From: Alphaproteobacteria bacterium | GTDB taxonomy: Bacteria; Pseudomonadota; Alphaproteobacteria; MPNO01 | Assembly (NCBI GenBank): GCA_965248835.1 | Contig: CBDFLJ010000002.1 | Location: forward strand, 1,216,001-1,280,000 | Direction: 5' to 3' | DNA: 64,000 nt | Shown here: piece after piece, positions 1 to 8,662 of the stretch | How the letters are laid out: each line of letters starts with the position of its first letter | Numbering within the stretch: the stretch's first letter is position 1 | Position numbers and translations under genes: made by a program | Notes under the pieces: model-generated | Told to the model about the DNA's origin: nothing | What the model saw: the letters and a program-made list of their open reading frames with translations, nothing else | The model's database searches: none

Positions 1-1154
1 CGCAGCACCATGGGCTTGGCGATGTTCTTGCCGGCGCTGTCGAAGCTGATCTTGCCGTAGAACGTGTCGAGCTTGATGCCGGAAATGGCGTCACGCACCT
101 TTGGAAGCTCGAAGGTCCCGGCTTTCTCCAGCGCCTTTGCATAGACGTAGACCGCAGCACTGGACTCCGCAGACTGGTAGGGCGGGTTGTACTTATAGAC
201 CTTGGTGAACTCGTTGTAATAGTCGAGCGCGGTGCCGAAGATCGGATCGCCGTAGTTCAGGTTCTCGTCCCACTGCGTTGCGCACAGCGTGTTCTCGGCG
301 TTCGATCCGAACTTCTTGGTGTCGGTCACCTTGGCCGCCTCGCAGTGCGTCATGGCGAGCATCGGCACCTTGATCTTCATCTGGGCCATCTGCCGGATGG
401 TCAGGGCCGCACCCTTGGAATGGCCGGAGACCACCAGGAGATCGGGCCGCAGGGCGCGCACCTTGTTGAGCGAGGAGGTCATGTCGTTGAGCTCGGGCGG
501 CAGTTTGTCGTCGACGACGATTTTCATGCCGTATTTCTTGACTGCGTCCACCACGCCGAGGCGCACGTCCTGCGAGAACGGATCGTTCTCGAAGACCAGC
601 GCGATCCGCAGGCTGCCGGGATCCTTGCCCTTGGCGCGTGCCTGTTCGGCCGCCAGGGTGATCGACTCCGACAGGTACTGATCGGCCGTCGACAGGACTG
701 CGAACAGGTAGCGGTAGCCCTTGGTGAACAGCGACCGCGCGGCCCCGTTGGCTTCGATCATCGGGATCTTGTGCTTCTCCACCACCGGGGCTACGGCCTT
801 GGTCAGGCCCGAGGAATACGGCCCGAGCATGAACTTGATGCCGTCCTGAAGGATCAGGCGCTCGGTGAGCTGTGCGCCGCGCACCGGCGTGGATTCGTCG
901 TCATAGTATTGCACGGCAATCTTGTATTTCTTGCCGGCCACCGTGACGCCGCCGGCATCGTTGATCTTCTTGACGGCAAGGTCGTAGCCGCGTTGGGCGT
1001 GCTGCCCGGCGGTCGAGTATTTTCCGGTCAGCGAAAGTGCCGCCCCGAAGGTTATGGTATCGCCCTCGACCTTCGCGCCGGCCGGATTGGCGGCGAGCGC
1101 AAGAGCCGCGGCGCCTGCGCACAGCGCCGCGAAACGCGAAATTGCTTTGGTCAT
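1..1154 (-). CDS. ABC transporter substrate-binding protein, branched-chain amino acid (LivK/LivJ-like) family; 3' end runs off the window
   Basis: Manual translation MTKAISRFAALCAGAAALALAANPAGA (signal peptide)...ITFGAALSLTGKY...YYDDESTP...FMLGPYSS...; GGGAGA RBS upstream. Confidence 0.85.
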   Translation of the reverse strand, partial: MTKAISRFAALCAGAAALALAANPAGAKVEGDTITFGAALSLTGKYSTAGQHAQRGYDLAVKKINDAGGVTVAGKKYKIAVQYYDDESTPVRGAQLTERLILQDGIKFMLGPYSSGLTKAVAPVVEKHKIPMIEANGAARSLFTKGYRYLFAVLSTADQYLSESITLAAEQARAKGKDPGSLRIALVFENDPFSQDVRLGVVDAVKKYGMKIVVDDKLPPELNDMTSSLNKVRALRPDLLVVSGHSKGAALTIRQMAQMKIKVPMLAMTHCEAAKVTDTKKFGSNAENTLCATQWDENLNYGDPIFGTALDYYNEFTKVYKYNPPYQSAESSAAVYVYAKALEKAGTFELPKVRDAISGIKLDTFYGKISFDSAGKNIAKPMVL

Positions 1155-1434
1155 TTCGACGGATCTCCCATTCGTGCTGTCAGAAGCCGGATTTCGATAT
1201 CGCGGGATGGCCTCCCGATTTTGGCGAAATCGTACCAGACAATTCCGCCACCGCCTATCTCGTTGTCGGTTGCGGGTTTACGGACTTCGGGCGGCTGTTA
1301 GAATTGCCTGCACAAGCATCGAGAAGCGCCGGCGAACGCCGCGCGCCCGGCCGGGGAGGCTAACCGATTTCGTCATTCAGAGACGGTTCGCGGTCGGTGG
1401 ATCTCCGCCGGCGATTTCCGGCGTCGGATTCCCA

Positions 1435-2760
1435 ATGCTGATCGAATGGTGGATCCCTCTGCTGATCATCTTCGGCGGGGTGATGGTGCTGCTGGCCGCG
1501 GGCATCCCCGTGGCGTTCGCGTTCATCATCGTCAACATGGCGGGCGTCCAGATCCTGCAGGGCGGCGGGTCGGCGTTCAACACCTTCACCGCCAGCATGT
1601 ACGCCTCGGTCACCAGCTTTACACTGTTGCCGATCACGCTGTTCATCCTGATGGGGGAGATCCTCTGGCATTCGAACGTCGCCTTTCGCGCGATCGACGT
1701 GCTCGACAAGCTGCTGGGTCGGCTCCCCGGGCGGCTGAGCATCCTGACGGTGGTCTCGGGCACGGTGTTCTCCAGCCTCAGCGGCTCGACCATGGCCAAT
1801 ACCGCGCTGCTCGGCACCATGCTGCTGCCCGACATGGAGCGGCGCGGTTACAAGACGCCGATGTCGATCGGGCCGATCATCGCCAGCGGCGGGCTGGCGA
1901 TGATCGTGCCGCCGAGCTCGCTCGCGGTGATCCTGGCCGCCATCGGCAAGCTGTCGATCGGCCGGCTGCTGGTGGCCGCGCTGATCCCCGGGATGATCAT
2001 GGCGGTCCTTTACATCGCCTACATCGTCATTCGCTGCCGGCTGCAGCCGGAGCTGACACCGGCCTACGAGGTCGAGCGGGTGCCGCTGGGCGAACGGCTG
2101 AAGGGGGTGGTCCTCTATCTGCTGCCGCTGGGGGTGATCGTCTTCCTGGTCACCGGGGTGATCGTGATCGGTGTCGCCACGCCGACCGAGGCGGCGGCGA
2201 TGGGCTGCATGGGCTCGTTCGTGGTCGCAGCGGCCTATGGCGGGCTGTCGCGCGAGGTCGTGATCCGCGCGGTGACCGGCACGGTGCGCATCTCGGTGAT
2301 GATGTTCGCGATCCTGATCGGGGCCATCGGGTTCAGCCAGATCATGGCCTTCTCCGGCGCGACCCGCGGGCTGCTCCAAGCGGTCGGCGAGCTCGACGTC
2401 CATCCGCTCCTGCTGATCCTGCTCATGCAGCTCGTCGTCCTCGCGCTCGGCACCTTCATGGAACAAGTCTCCATCATGCTGATCACGCTGCCGCTCTACA
2501 TTCCGATCGTGAAGCTGCTCGGCTACGACCCGATCTGGTTCGGTGTCTTGATGCTGATCAACTTGGAGATGGCGCTGACGACCCCGCCGTTCGGCATGCT
2601 GCTGTTCGTCATGAAGGGCGTGGCCCCGGTCGGCACCAAGATAAAGGCGATCTATCTGGCTGGGCTGCCGTTCCTGATCTGTGACCTGATCGCCCTGGTC
2701 ATCGTTCTGCTGGTGCCCGAGACGACGAGCTGGCTGCAGGACTACTTCTATCGAAGATGA
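1435..2760 (+). CDS. dctM: TRAP transporter large permease
   Basis: Hydrophobic throughout; LPITLFILMGEIL, IVPPSS, GVATPTEAAA, TPPFGMLLF motifs. Confidence 0.92.
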   Translation: MLIEWWIPLLIIFGGVMVLLAAGIPVAFAFIIVNMAGVQILQGGGSAFNTFTASMYASVTSFTLLPITLFILMGEILWHSNVAFRAIDVLDKLLGRLPGRLSILTVVSGTVFSSLSGSTMANTALLGTMLLPDMERRGYKTPMSIGPIIASGGLAMIVPPSSLAVILAAIGKLSIGRLLVAALIPGMIMAVLYIAYIVIRCRLQPELTPAYEVERVPLGERLKGVVLYLLPLGVIVFLVTGVIVIGVATPTEAAAMGCMGSFVVAAAYGGLSREVVIRAVTGTVRISVMMFAILIGAIGFSQIMAFSGATRGLLQAVGELDVHPLLLILLMQLVVLALGTFMEQVSIMLITLPLYIPIVKLLGYDPIWFGVLMLINLEMALTTPPFGMLLFVMKGVAPVGTKIKAIYLAGLPFLICDLIALVIVLLVPETTSWLQDYFYRR

Positions 2761-2857
2761 GCACGCGCCCGGAGCGGTTTGTCGGCCGTGGCTTGGCAGT
2801 GCTAGAGTTTTTCGCAGGCGTTCAACGGTTGGGACGCTTCAAAATGGGAGGAAACGG

Positions 2858-3850
2858 ATGTCAATAGCAACGATGTGGAAAAGCGCCGCTTCGGTCGGGC
2901 TCGCCGCGGCCATAGGGCTCATGGGACAGCCGGCGGCGGTCAAGGCGGCCGATCCGATCGTGCTCAAGGGTTTGATTCCCTGGCCGGCGGATTTCGTGGG
3001 AAGCCATGGTTTCCTCGAATTCCAGAAGGCGGTTAACAAGGCACTCAAGGGTAAGGTCTTCGTGAGCCTGCTCGGCTCCTCCGAGGTCGTCCCGCCGTTC
3101 GAGCAGTTCGAGGCGGTGCGCGACGGCGTCGTCGACGTGCTGATGACCGCCGGCGCCTATTACAAGGCCACCGTTCCCGAGGCCGCCGCCGGCCTCGGCT
3201 CCACAAAGTTCGCAAGCGAGCAGCGCAAGAACGGCTATCTCGCGCTGATGCGCGAGATCCACGCCAAGCACGGCGTCTACTACCACTCCGGTGTCGGCGG
3301 CACGAAGGGCAATGGGTACCGCTGCTACTCGAACGTAAAGCTCGCCAGCTCCGACCTGACAGGCATCAAGATGCGCGTCTCGCCGACATACGTCCCGCTG
3401 GTCACCGCGTTGAAGGGCACGCCGATCCTGATGAAGGCCGGCGAGGTCTATACGGCGCTGGAGCGCGGCGTGGTCGACGGATTTTGCTGGACCTTCCTGG
3501 GGATCCGCGATTACGGCTTCCACGAGGTGACCAAGTACGTCATCGACGTGCCGTTCTATTCCAACGACACCGCGGTGCTGATCAACATGAAGACCTGGAA
3601 GAGCCTACCGGCCGAGATGCGCAAGGCGATCGACGATCTCGGGCCGCAGATCGAACTGGCGACCGAGAAGTTCATGACCGACATGAACAACAAGGAGGAC
3701 GAGGCGCTCAAGAAGGAAGGCCTTCAGTTCATCAAGTTCGACGCCGCCGAGACCGGGAAGTGGAAGAACGCGGCATACGAGTCGCACTGGAAGTTTATCA
3801 AGAAACAAAGCCCGGCATATGCCGACAAGCTGAAGAGCCTGGCGGAATAG
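2858..3850 (+). CDS. dctP: TRAP transporter substrate-binding protein
   Basis: Signal peptide; GIKMRV (conserved Arg), EVYTALERGVVDG; GGGAGG RBS. Confidence 0.92.
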   Translation: MSIATMWKSAASVGLAAAIGLMGQPAAVKAADPIVLKGLIPWPADFVGSHGFLEFQKAVNKALKGKVFVSLLGSSEVVPPFEQFEAVRDGVVDVLMTAGAYYKATVPEAAAGLGSTKFASEQRKNGYLALMREIHAKHGVYYHSGVGGTKGNGYRCYSNVKLASSDLTGIKMRVSPTYVPLVTALKGTPILMKAGEVYTALERGVVDGFCWTFLGIRDYGFHEVTKYVIDVPFYSNDTAVLINMKTWKSLPAEMRKAIDDLGPQIELATEKFMTDMNNKEDEALKKEGLQFIKFDAAETGKWKNAAYESHWKFIKKQSPAYADKLKSLAE

Positions 3851-3868
3851 CGGCCGGCTAGGCACCAT

Positions 3869-3917
3869 CCGGCCGCCCGCACGAGAGGCTTCCCCACCAG
3901 GCCGTGCGGGCGGCCGG
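3869..3917 (+). repeat. Perfect 15-bp inverted repeat (stem-loop) between dctP and dctQ
   Basis: CCGGCCGCCCGCACG (3869-3883) / CGTGCGGGCGGCCGG (3903-3917); no U-tract. Confidence 0.75.
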
Positions 3918-3942
3918 GCCATCGCGAGGTCCGGCAGAGATC

Positions 3943-4437
3943 ATGAAAGCCATCACCGCCGCCTATGACCGGTTCCTGGCGCTGCTCGCAATCATCGTGG
4001 GAATGATGGTCCTGGCATCGATGGTCTTCGTGGTCGTCGATGTCCTGCTTCGCTACTTCTTCGGCTCGCCGATCGGCTGGGTGATCGAGGTTTGCGAATA
4101 CTTCCTGCTGTTCACCCCGTTTCTCGGCATGGCATGGCTGGTGCGCCAGCTCGAAGGCCATATCCGCATCGACCTCCTCGTCCAGGCGCTGAGTGCCAGA
4201 CTGCAATCGCTTTTCAATCTCGGCGGCTCGATGCTGATCGCGCTGACGCTGGTCTTCGGCACCTATTACACGGGGATCTCGGCATGGGGCCACGTCGTCA
4301 GGAACGTTCAGACGCCCGGCGTCTATCCGATCCCCAAGGGCTATCTGATGTTCGTGATCACCCTGGGGTTTGCGCTGACCACCATCGAGTTCCTGCGCAA
4401 GGCCTACGGCCACTACCGCGAGGTCCGCTCACCCTGA
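3943..4437 (+). CDS. dctQ: TRAP transporter small permease
   Basis: 4 TM segments; DVLLRYFFGSPIGWVIEVCEY, GHIRIDLL. Confidence 0.9.
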   Translation: MKAITAAYDRFLALLAIIVGMMVLASMVFVVVDVLLRYFFGSPIGWVIEVCEYFLLFTPFLGMAWLVRQLEGHIRIDLLVQALSARLQSLFNLGGSMLIALTLVFGTYYTGISAWGHVVRNVQTPGVYPIPKGYLMFVITLGFALTTIEFLRKAYGHYREVRSP

Positions 4438-4594
4438 GCCGGCCGGATTTCCGGCCGGGAACCGATCGGCAATCGCGGTGAAAATGCGTGCCGGGCTCTC
4501 GCATAAGGGCACGACTTGGGTTAAAATGACACCGATCGGCCAAAGACGCCGGCAAGGCGCCGTGGCCGGTCGCGTTGGGAATAGGGAGGTGCGG

Positions 4595-4750
4595 ATGTTC
4601 ACCACCGCCGTGGTCGTGGCCGCCTTGGGGGGCGCGGCCTTGTTGATCTGGTATCACCGGCGTCGGCGAAGGACTGTTTCCACCGACGGCAGCCGCCGCG
4701 TGGATACGCCGGGCGCGCGTCTGGACCGTATCCGCCGGGCCGGCCTGTAA
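4595..4750 (+). CDS. Small (51 aa) putative single-pass membrane protein
   Basis: AGGGAGGT RBS at 4583-4590; MFTTAVVVAALGGAALLIWYHRRRRR (TM helix then basic run). Confidence 0.5.
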   Translation: MFTTAVVVAALGGAALLIWYHRRRRRTVSTDGSRRVDTPGARLDRIRRAGL

Positions 4751-4827
4751 GAGCCCGAACTGCCGCCGAACGCAGGTTTCGGACCGGTGGCGTCCGCTTG
4801 CGGCCGGAGCCGCCGGGACACGGAGTG

Positions 4828-5880
4828 ATGGGCGCGCGCGTTCAGGCGAAGTGGATCTCGACGTTCGAGCGGGTCTTCGCGCTATGCGCGCTGGAACCCG
4901 GCGATCCCGTCGCAATCCTGTCGGAGACCCAGTCCCGGCCGGTGCTCGTCGAACTGGCGGAGCTCGCGCTCGCACGGCTGGATGCCAAGCCGTTCCATGT
5001 CGTCCTGCCCAGCCCGGCACAACGTGCCCCGGTGCCGGTGCGCTCGACCGGCGCCTCGGATGCGATCCAAGGCCTGGAGCCGGCGATTGCGGCGCTCGGT
5101 GCATCCACCCTGGTGGTCGACTGCACGGTCGAGGGCATCCTGCACGCGCCGGAGCTCGGGCGCATCCTCAAATCCGGGGCGCGGGTTCTGATGATCAGCA
5201 ACGAGCATCCCGACGCGCTGGAGCGCCTGGTGCCCGACCCGGCGCAGACCCCGCGGATCAAGCACGGGATCCGCATGATGCGCGAGGCCCGGCAGATGAC
5301 CGTCCGGAGCGAGGCCGGGACGGACCTTGTGGTCGATGTGGGCGATGCGCCCGCCGCCGGGGTCTGGGGCTATTGCGAGCACCCGGGCCAAGTCGCCCAT
5401 TGGCCGGGCGGGCTGGTGCTGTGCTTCCCCAGGGCAGGCACCGTGCAGGGCCGGCTGGTGCTCGACACCGGGGACGTCAACTTGACCTTCAAGCGCTATA
5501 TCGAGAGCCCGTTGACGCTCGTCCTCGAGGATGACCATGTCGTTGCGATCGAAGGGGAGGGGCTGGATGCGGACCTGTTCCGCGAATACATCGCCGCCTG
5601 GGGCGACCGGGAGGCCTATGCGGTCTCCCATGTCGGCTGGGGGATGAACCCGGCCGCCCGCTGGGAAGCGATGACGATGTATGACCGCGGCGATTTCAAC
5701 GGCACCGAACTGCGCGCCTTCGCCGGCAACTTCCTGTTCTCCACCGGTGCCAACGAAGCGGCAAAGCGCTATACGCTGGGCCATTTCGACATCCCGCTGC
5801 GCAACTGCACCGTCGCGCTCGACGGGAAGGTCGTCGTCGAGAAGGGCAAGCTCGCCGACGTGTTCGGTCCGCAGGCTTAG
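4828..5880 (+). CDS. NicX-like 2,5-dihydroxypyridine 5,6-dioxygenase / M29 peptidase-fold protein
   Basis: AILSETQSR, HWPGG, SHVGWGMNP, FLFSTGAN, GHFDIP motifs typical of the NicX family. Confidence 0.75.
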   Translation: MGARVQAKWISTFERVFALCALEPGDPVAILSETQSRPVLVELAELALARLDAKPFHVVLPSPAQRAPVPVRSTGASDAIQGLEPAIAALGASTLVVDCTVEGILHAPELGRILKSGARVLMISNEHPDALERLVPDPAQTPRIKHGIRMMREARQMTVRSEAGTDLVVDVGDAPAAGVWGYCEHPGQVAHWPGGLVLCFPRAGTVQGRLVLDTGDVNLTFKRYIESPLTLVLEDDHVVAIEGEGLDADLFREYIAAWGDREAYAVSHVGWGMNPAARWEAMTMYDRGDFNGTELRAFAGNFLFSTGANEAAKRYTLGHFDIPLRNCTVALDGKVVVEKGKLADVFGPQA

Positions 5881-5936
5881 AGCATGCTCCGATCGGCTCG
5901 AAGCGGGCCGGCCCGGCGTGTTCGGGAGATGCTCTA
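5878..5936. repeat. Short palindromic element with TAGAGCAT...ATGCTCTA termini (MITE/RIME-like)
   Basis: Terminal inverted repeat TAGAGCATGCTCCGA / TCGGGAGATGCTCTA (13 of 15 positions pair). Confidence 0.45.
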
Positions 5937-5939
5937 GCC

Positions 5940-7163
5940 ATGGCAAACCGCCATCCCTGGCAGGCGATGGCCGGCGATCGGCGGGCGATCGGCGAGACGA
6001 TCACCCGGCTCGGCCGCGACAATTTCTTCCCGCGCAGCGCCGCGCTCGACGAGGCCGCCGCCTTTCCGTTCGAGAACTACGACGACATGCGCGAGGCGGG
6101 GATCCTGGCGCTTACCGTGCCCGCCGCCGACGGTGGGCTGGGTGCGGGTTTCGCCGATTACGGCTGGCATGCCGCGGAGATGGGCCGCTGGTGCGGCGCC
6201 ACCGCTCTGACCTTCAACATGCATGCCTGCACACCGCTCTGGATGAGCGTGATCGCCGATGACCTCGACATGGACGCCGCCGCCCGGGCCGCGCACAAGG
6301 CCAACCGAGAGCGCCATTTCGAGCGCATCGTCGAGCATGGCGCGGTGTTCGCCCAGCCGTTTTCCGAAGGCGGCGCCGCAGCCGCCGGCAAGGCGCCGTT
6401 TGGGACGCTGGCCGCCAAGGTCGACGGCGGCTGGGTGCTCAACGGCAAGAAGATCTTTGCTTCGCTGTCCGGCGCGGCGGACTATTACGGCGTGCTGTGC
6501 ACCGAGGACAAGCCCGACGCGGATGTCGCAGACACGCTGTTCGTTGCCGTCCCCAAGGAAGCGGAAGGGCTGTCCTTCGTCGGCCCGTGGGATCCCGTCG
6601 GCATGCGGGCGACCGTTTCGCGCACGATGCTGATGGACAAGGTCTTCGTCAGTGACGAGATGCTGCTCCTGCCGCGCGGGATCTATCACCAGGCCGCACG
6701 GCGCTGGCCGCACATGTTCCTGACACTGTGCCCGTCCTATCTCGGGATCGCCCAGGCCGCCTACGACTTCACCGTCGTCTATTTGCGCGGCGAGATCGAA
6801 GGCATGCCGGTCAAGCGCCGAATGTATCCGACCAAGCAGATCAGCACCGCTGACATGTTCGTCAAGCTCCAGCTCGCGCGCGCGATCTTCGGCCAGGTCA
6901 TGGCCGAGGCCCGGCTCGACCCGTCCAAGGAAGACCGGCTGCGTGCTTATGCCGCGCAATTCACCGTCATGGAGACCGCGAACGAGATCTGCCGGCTGGC
7001 CATTCGCACCTGCGGCGGCCAGTCGATGCTCAAGTCGCTGCCTCTGGAGCGCTATTACCGCGATTCACGCCTGGGCTCGCTGATGCTGCCCTGGACGGCC
7101 GAGCTCTGCCTCGACCGGCTGGGGCGCGAGACGCTCTACGAGCCGGGCGAGGCCGACGACTGA
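5940..7163 (+). CDS. Acyl-CoA dehydrogenase-superfamily flavoprotein (atypical)
   Basis: QPFSEG, GWVLNGKKIFAS, WDPVGMRAT, PLERYYRDSR. Confidence 0.85.
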   Translation: MANRHPWQAMAGDRRAIGETITRLGRDNFFPRSAALDEAAAFPFENYDDMREAGILALTVPAADGGLGAGFADYGWHAAEMGRWCGATALTFNMHACTPLWMSVIADDLDMDAAARAAHKANRERHFERIVEHGAVFAQPFSEGGAAAAGKAPFGTLAAKVDGGWVLNGKKIFASLSGAADYYGVLCTEDKPDADVADTLFVAVPKEAEGLSFVGPWDPVGMRATVSRTMLMDKVFVSDEMLLLPRGIYHQAARRWPHMFLTLCPSYLGIAQAAYDFTVVYLRGEIEGMPVKRRMYPTKQISTADMFVKLQLARAIFGQVMAEARLDPSKEDRLRAYAAQFTVMETANEICRLAIRTCGGQSMLKSLPLERYYRDSRLGSLMLPWTAELCLDRLGRETLYEPGEADD

Positions 7164-7171
7164 GCACACCG

Positions 7172-8662
7172 GTGGACATCTCCAACTGGATCGACCGCTG
7201 GGCCGATTTCAGCCCCCGCAAGACCGCAATCACCTTCGAGGGCCGCGCCATCACCTATGCCGATCTGCGCGAGCAGGTCCACCGCCTGGCCGCAGTGCTC
7301 CGTGAGGGTCTGGGCGTTGCGCGCGGCGGCCGGATCGCCTTCCTCGGCTACAACAGCCCTGACTTCCTGGCGCTGCTGTTCGCCTGTGCGCGGACCGGGG
7401 CGGTGATGGTGCCTCTCAACTGGCGCCTGGCCGCGCCCGAGCTCGCCTTCATCCTGGAAGACGCAGGGTGCGGGACGTTGTTCGTCGAGCCCGCGTTTGC
7501 CGAAACGGCGGAAGAGGCGACCGGGGCGTTGCCCGATTGCCGCACGATCGATGCCGCCGGCCTTGCGGACCTCCTTGGTCGCGCAGGCGGGGATGCGCGC
7601 GATCCGTCAGTGGGGCTCGATGCCCCGATCCTGATCGTCTACACCTCGGGCACGACCGGCCGGCCCAAGGGGGCGGTGCTCACCCAGTCCGCGCTCGCCT
7701 TCAACGCCGCCAATGCGATCGCGGCCTACGACATGACCAGCCGCGACCGCGTGCTGACAAACCTTCCGATGTTCCATGTCGGCGGGCTCAACATCCAGAC
7801 CACGCCGGCGTTGTGTGCGGGCGCCAGCATCGTCCTGCAGCCCCGCTTCGAGCCCGATGCGGCGATCGCAGCCCTGGAGTCCGAACACCCCAGCCTGATG
7901 ATCCTGGTGCCGGCGCTGATGACCGCGTTGATGGATCATCCGGCCTGGCCGGACCTCGATTTCACCCGGCTGCGCTGCATCAACACCGGATCGACCGCGG
8001 TGCCGATGCCGTTGCTCGAGGCCTATCTCGAACGCGGCGTGCCGGTCACCCAGGTCTACGGGTCGACGGAGACCGCCCCGATCGCGATCCATCAGCGGAT
8101 CGCCGATGCCTGGGCGACGGCCGGTTCGTCCGGCAAGGCCGCGCTCTATTGCCGGGCGGCGATCGTCGGCCCCGACGGCCGACCGCTGCCGCCGGGCGAG
8201 CGCGGCGAGATCGTAATCCGCGGCCCCAACGTGATGACCGGTTACTGGCGCGACGAGGCGGCGACCGAAGAGGCGCTGCGCGAGGGCTGGTTCCATACCG
8301 GCGATGTCGGCCTGACCGACGAGGACGGCAACTACTACGTCGTCGACCGGCTCAAGGACGTGATCATTTCCGGCAGCGAGAACATCTATCCGGCCGAGCT
8401 CGAAAGGGTCCTGGAGCGCTCGCCCGAGATCGCCGAGGCCGCGGTCGTCGGCCGCAGCGATGACAGGTGGGGCGAGGTGCCGGTCGCCTTCGTGGTCGCC
8501 CGGGACGGGATCACGCTCGACCGCGAGGCGGTCCTCGGCCTGTTCGAGGGCGAGCTTGCCCGCTACAAGCACCCGCGCGAGGTGGTCTTCCGCGATGCGC
8601 TGCCGCGCAATGTGATGGGCAAGGTCCTCAAGTTCGAGCTCCGCGAGGCCTTGCGCCCGTGA
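7172..8662 (+). CDS. Acyl-CoA synthetase / AMP-binding enzyme
   Basis: YTSGTTGRPKG, YGSTE, WFHTGD, DRLKDVIISGSENIYP, PRNVMGK; GTG start. Confidence 0.92.
   Translation: MDISNWIDRWADFSPRKTAITFEGRAITYADLREQVHRLAAVLREGLGVARGGRIAFLGYNSPDFLALLFACARTGAVMVPLNWRLAAPELAFILEDAGCGTLFVEPAFAETAEEATGALPDCRTIDAAGLADLLGRAGGDARDPSVGLDAPILIVYTSGTTGRPKGAVLTQSALAFNAANAIAAYDMTSRDRVLTNLPMFHVGGLNIQTTPALCAGASIVLQPRFEPDAAIAALESEHPSLMILVPALMTALMDHPAWPDLDFTRLRCINTGSTAVPMPLLEAYLERGVPVTQVYGSTETAPIAIHQRIADAWATAGSSGKAALYCRAAIVGPDGRPLPPGERGEIVIRGPNVMTGYWRDEAATEEALREGWFHTGDVGLTDEDGNYYVVDRLKDVIISGSENIYPAELERVLERSPEIAEAAVVGRSDDRWGEVPVAFVVARDGITLDREAVLGLFEGELARYKHPREVVFRDALPRNVMGKVLKFELREALRP

Noticed and set aside
4757-4771. 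GAAC-N7-GAAC resembling the alphaproteobacterial LexA box upstream of the NicX-like gene
   Set aside because: Only 8 informative bases with a GC-rich spacer, so a chance hit is plausible in 64 kb; the downstream gene has no SOS link
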